From contig NC_086097.1 in the NCBI RefSeq assembly GCF_963921235.1, forward strand, positions 8,432,001 through 8,496,000: a stretch of 64,000 bases of DNA, in the 5' to 3' direction. Position 1 is the first letter of the stretch; each line of letters begins with the position of its first letter. Shown piece after piece: positions 61,353 to 64,000 of the stretch. Under the pieces are notes generated by a model that did no database searches, was not told where the DNA came from, and worked only from the letters and a program-made list of their open reading frames with translations. The position numbers and the translations under genes are program-made. Origin of the DNA: Mobula hypostoma. Taxonomy: Eukaryota.

Positions 61353-62420
61353 TAAATACATTAAATAGCTTATATACATTGATTGATTTTATGTCCATAA
61401 CGCAACGCTAAGTTGTACCTAAAGCATCTGATGGAAAATAATAAAGTAGCGGTGGAATCAGTGGATGAAGGTGTTGATCAGCCTTACTGCTCAGGGAAAG
61501 TAACTGTGTTTGAGTCTGGTAGTCCTAGCGTGGCTGCTTGGCCAGACATGAAGAATTGTGTACAGTTCTGGTCAAATATAACAAAAAAGGATCTCATTAA
61601 ACACATAAGATTTTGCAAATGGTGGAATAAAGAGTGCCATACACCAAACGCTAGAAGGACTCGACAGGTAAGGCAACATCCGCGGAGAGGAATAAAGAGC
61701 TGACTTTTTGGGCCAAGACCATTCATCAAGACTGGTCAGACCTTGCCGAGTTCCTTCAACATTTTGTGTGTTACAGAAAGGATATGGAGGCTTAGAAATG
61801 GGCGAGGAAGAGCTTTACTAGGATTAGAGTATATGAGCTAAAAGAAGTTGGATTATTTTCACTGGAACATCAAAGGCTAGGCAATGACCTGATAGGGGTT
61901 AATAAAATTCTGAGAGGCAGAGAGATGGTAGGCAGTCAAAGCCTTTTTCTCAGATAAAAATGACAAACACCAGAGACATGCATTTAAGCAGAGAGGGGGT
62001 AAGTTTATAAGAGATGTGTGGTGAAAGTTTTATTTAAACATAAAGTGGTGTGTACTAGGGTGAGTGGTGGAAGCAGTAATTTTTCAGAGGCTTTTAGACA
62101 TACATATGAATTGCAGGTATTCAGGGAGTGACATGGTAGTCTTGCAGTTAGCATAGCCTGTTTACAGTGTACAGCACCAGGCCTAAGAAAAGGGTCTAAT
62201 TCCCACTACTGTCTGTAACAAACTTATGTGTTCTCCCTGTGATCGCGCGTTTTCCTCCGGGTCGTCCACTTTTCCTCCACATTCTAAAGACACACTGTTA
62301 TGGTTAGTGAGTTGTGGGTGGTTATGCTATGCTGGTACCAGAAATGTGTCAACACTTGCAGGCTGCCCAGCACAATCCTTGCTGATTTGTATTTGATGTA
62401 AATACATTTCACAATGTTTC

Positions 62421-63315
62421 CATAAGACCATAAGACATAGGAGCAGAATTAGGCTAACTGACCCATCGATTCTGCTCCGCGATTCAATCATGGCTGATCT
62501 CTTTTTTCCTCCTCCTCAACCCCAGTTCCCAGCCTTCTCCTTGTAACCTTTGATGCCATGTCCAATCAAGAACCTATCAATCTCTGCCTTAAATGCACCC
62601 AACGACCTGGCCTCCACAGCTGCATGTGGCAACAAATTTCACAAATTAACTACCCTTTGGCTAAAGAAATTACTCAACATCTCTGTTTTGAAAGCGCATC
62701 CCTCTATCCTGAAGCTGTGCCCTCTTGTCCTAAACTCAGCCACCATGGGAAACATTCTTTCCACATCTACTCTGTCTCGGCCTTTCAACGTTCAAAAGGT
62801 TTCAATGAGATCGCCCCTCATCCTTCTGAATTCCAGTGAGTTCAGACCCAGACCCATCAAATGTTCCTTGTATTATAACCCTTTCATTTCTGGCATCATT
62901 CTTGTGAACCTCCTCTGGACCCTCACCAGGCCATAAGATATAAGAGAAGAATTAACCCATAAGATATAGGAGAAGAATTAACCCATAAGATATAGGAGAA
63001 GAATTTGTCCACTTTGGCCCATCGTGTCTGCTCCACTCATGGTTGATCCATATTCCCTCTGAGCACCAATCTGCTTCCTTCTTCCCATAACCCTTCATGC
63101 CCTGACCATTCAAAAATCTGCCAACCTCTGCCTTCAATATACCCAACGATTTAGCCCCCACAGCCACCTGTGGCAAACGAATTCCACAGATTCACCACTC
63201 TCTGGCTAAAGAAATTCCTCCTCATTTCAATTGGAAAGATCCTCCCCACATCCACTGTATCTAGGCCTTTCACCATTCGATAGGTGTTAATGAGATCATC
63301 CCACATTCTTCTCTC
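62421..63315 (-). mobile_element. Two adjacent CR1 3' fragments; the second has a triplicated terminus
   Basis: cataagaccataagacatag tail at 62421; 26-bp unit ccataagatataggagaagaattaac at 62931, 62957 and 62983 (last partial). Confidence 0.85.
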
Positions 63316-63658
63316 GACGTACCTGTGAGAAATAAAGCTAATCTTTGATATGGGTCCTGTACAGGCAGAAGAGATATAGTTTAAGTCGTCAATGTGTTAG
63401 TGCAGACATTGTGGGCCGAAGGGTGTGTTCCTGTGTTGCACTCTTCTATGTTCTGTGTGTGTGGTACATAATACTTATCTCTCCACAAGCACTGCCTGGC
63501 CTGCTGAGGATTGTCCATTATTATTGTTTTGATTCCAATGGGTAAAAGGAACCTCTTCTAACATGTACAATAGTTTTTCAAAGTTCAAAGTAAATTTATT
63601 ATCAAAGTACATAGGTCACCATGTATAACCCTGAGATTCCATTTCTTGTTGGCACCCT

Positions 63659-64000
63659 TAGAAACATAGAAACATAGAAAACCTACGGCCCTTCAGCCCA
63701 CAAAGCTGTGCTGAACATGTCCTTACCTTAAAACTACCTAGGGTTACCCATAGCCCCCTATTTTTCTAAGCTCCATGTACCTATCCAGGAGTCTCTTAAA
63801 AGACCCTATTGTTTCTGCCTCCAACACTGTTGCTGGCAGCCCATTCCACGTACTCACCACCCTCTGCGTAAAAAACTTACCCCTGACATCTCCTCTATAC
63901 CTACTTTCAAGCAACTTAAAAGTATGCCCTCTTGTGCTAGCCATTTCAGCCCTGGGGAAAAGCCTCTGACTATCCACACGATCAATGCCTCTCATCATCT
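63659..64000 (-). mobile_element. CR1 3' fragment (continues beyond window)
   Basis: MMRGIDRVDSQRLFPRAEMASTRGH...FFTQRVVSTWNGLP; (tagaaaca)n tail. Confidence 0.9.

Overview
Repeat-dense, apparently intronic or intergenic vertebrate DNA. The repeat repertoire (V-SINEs, CR1 LINEs, Deu-type SINE, Penelope-derived repeats) points by inference to a cartilaginous fish, probably a ray or shark. I find no supportable host protein-coding exon, tRNA, rRNA or CRISPR array. Nearly every long ORF is LINE-derived. Main content: three near-complete but disabled CR1 ORF2 copies (APE+RT) plus many CR1 fragments; Rex1/Babar-type RT fragments; RTE fragments and RTE-tailed SINE-like elements; an R4/Dong-type restriction-like-endonuclease fragment; a decayed gag-only Gypsy LTR element with PNMA-type capsid; a related solo LTR; Harbinger, Tc1 and Charlie-type hAT elements; and many short Penelope-derived repeats. 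Most notable: a minimal type I hammerhead ribozyme motif in the Penelope-derived repeats, a composite MITE that carries a LINE tail and occurs twice, a thrice-repeated candidate structured RNA motif in RTE-like elements, a ~120-bp inverted duplication of otherwise unique DNA, and several TE-free islands that may be conserved enhancers. I see no convincing wholly new system. Family names are from recognition by eye, not database searches, and boundaries of old repeats are approximate.
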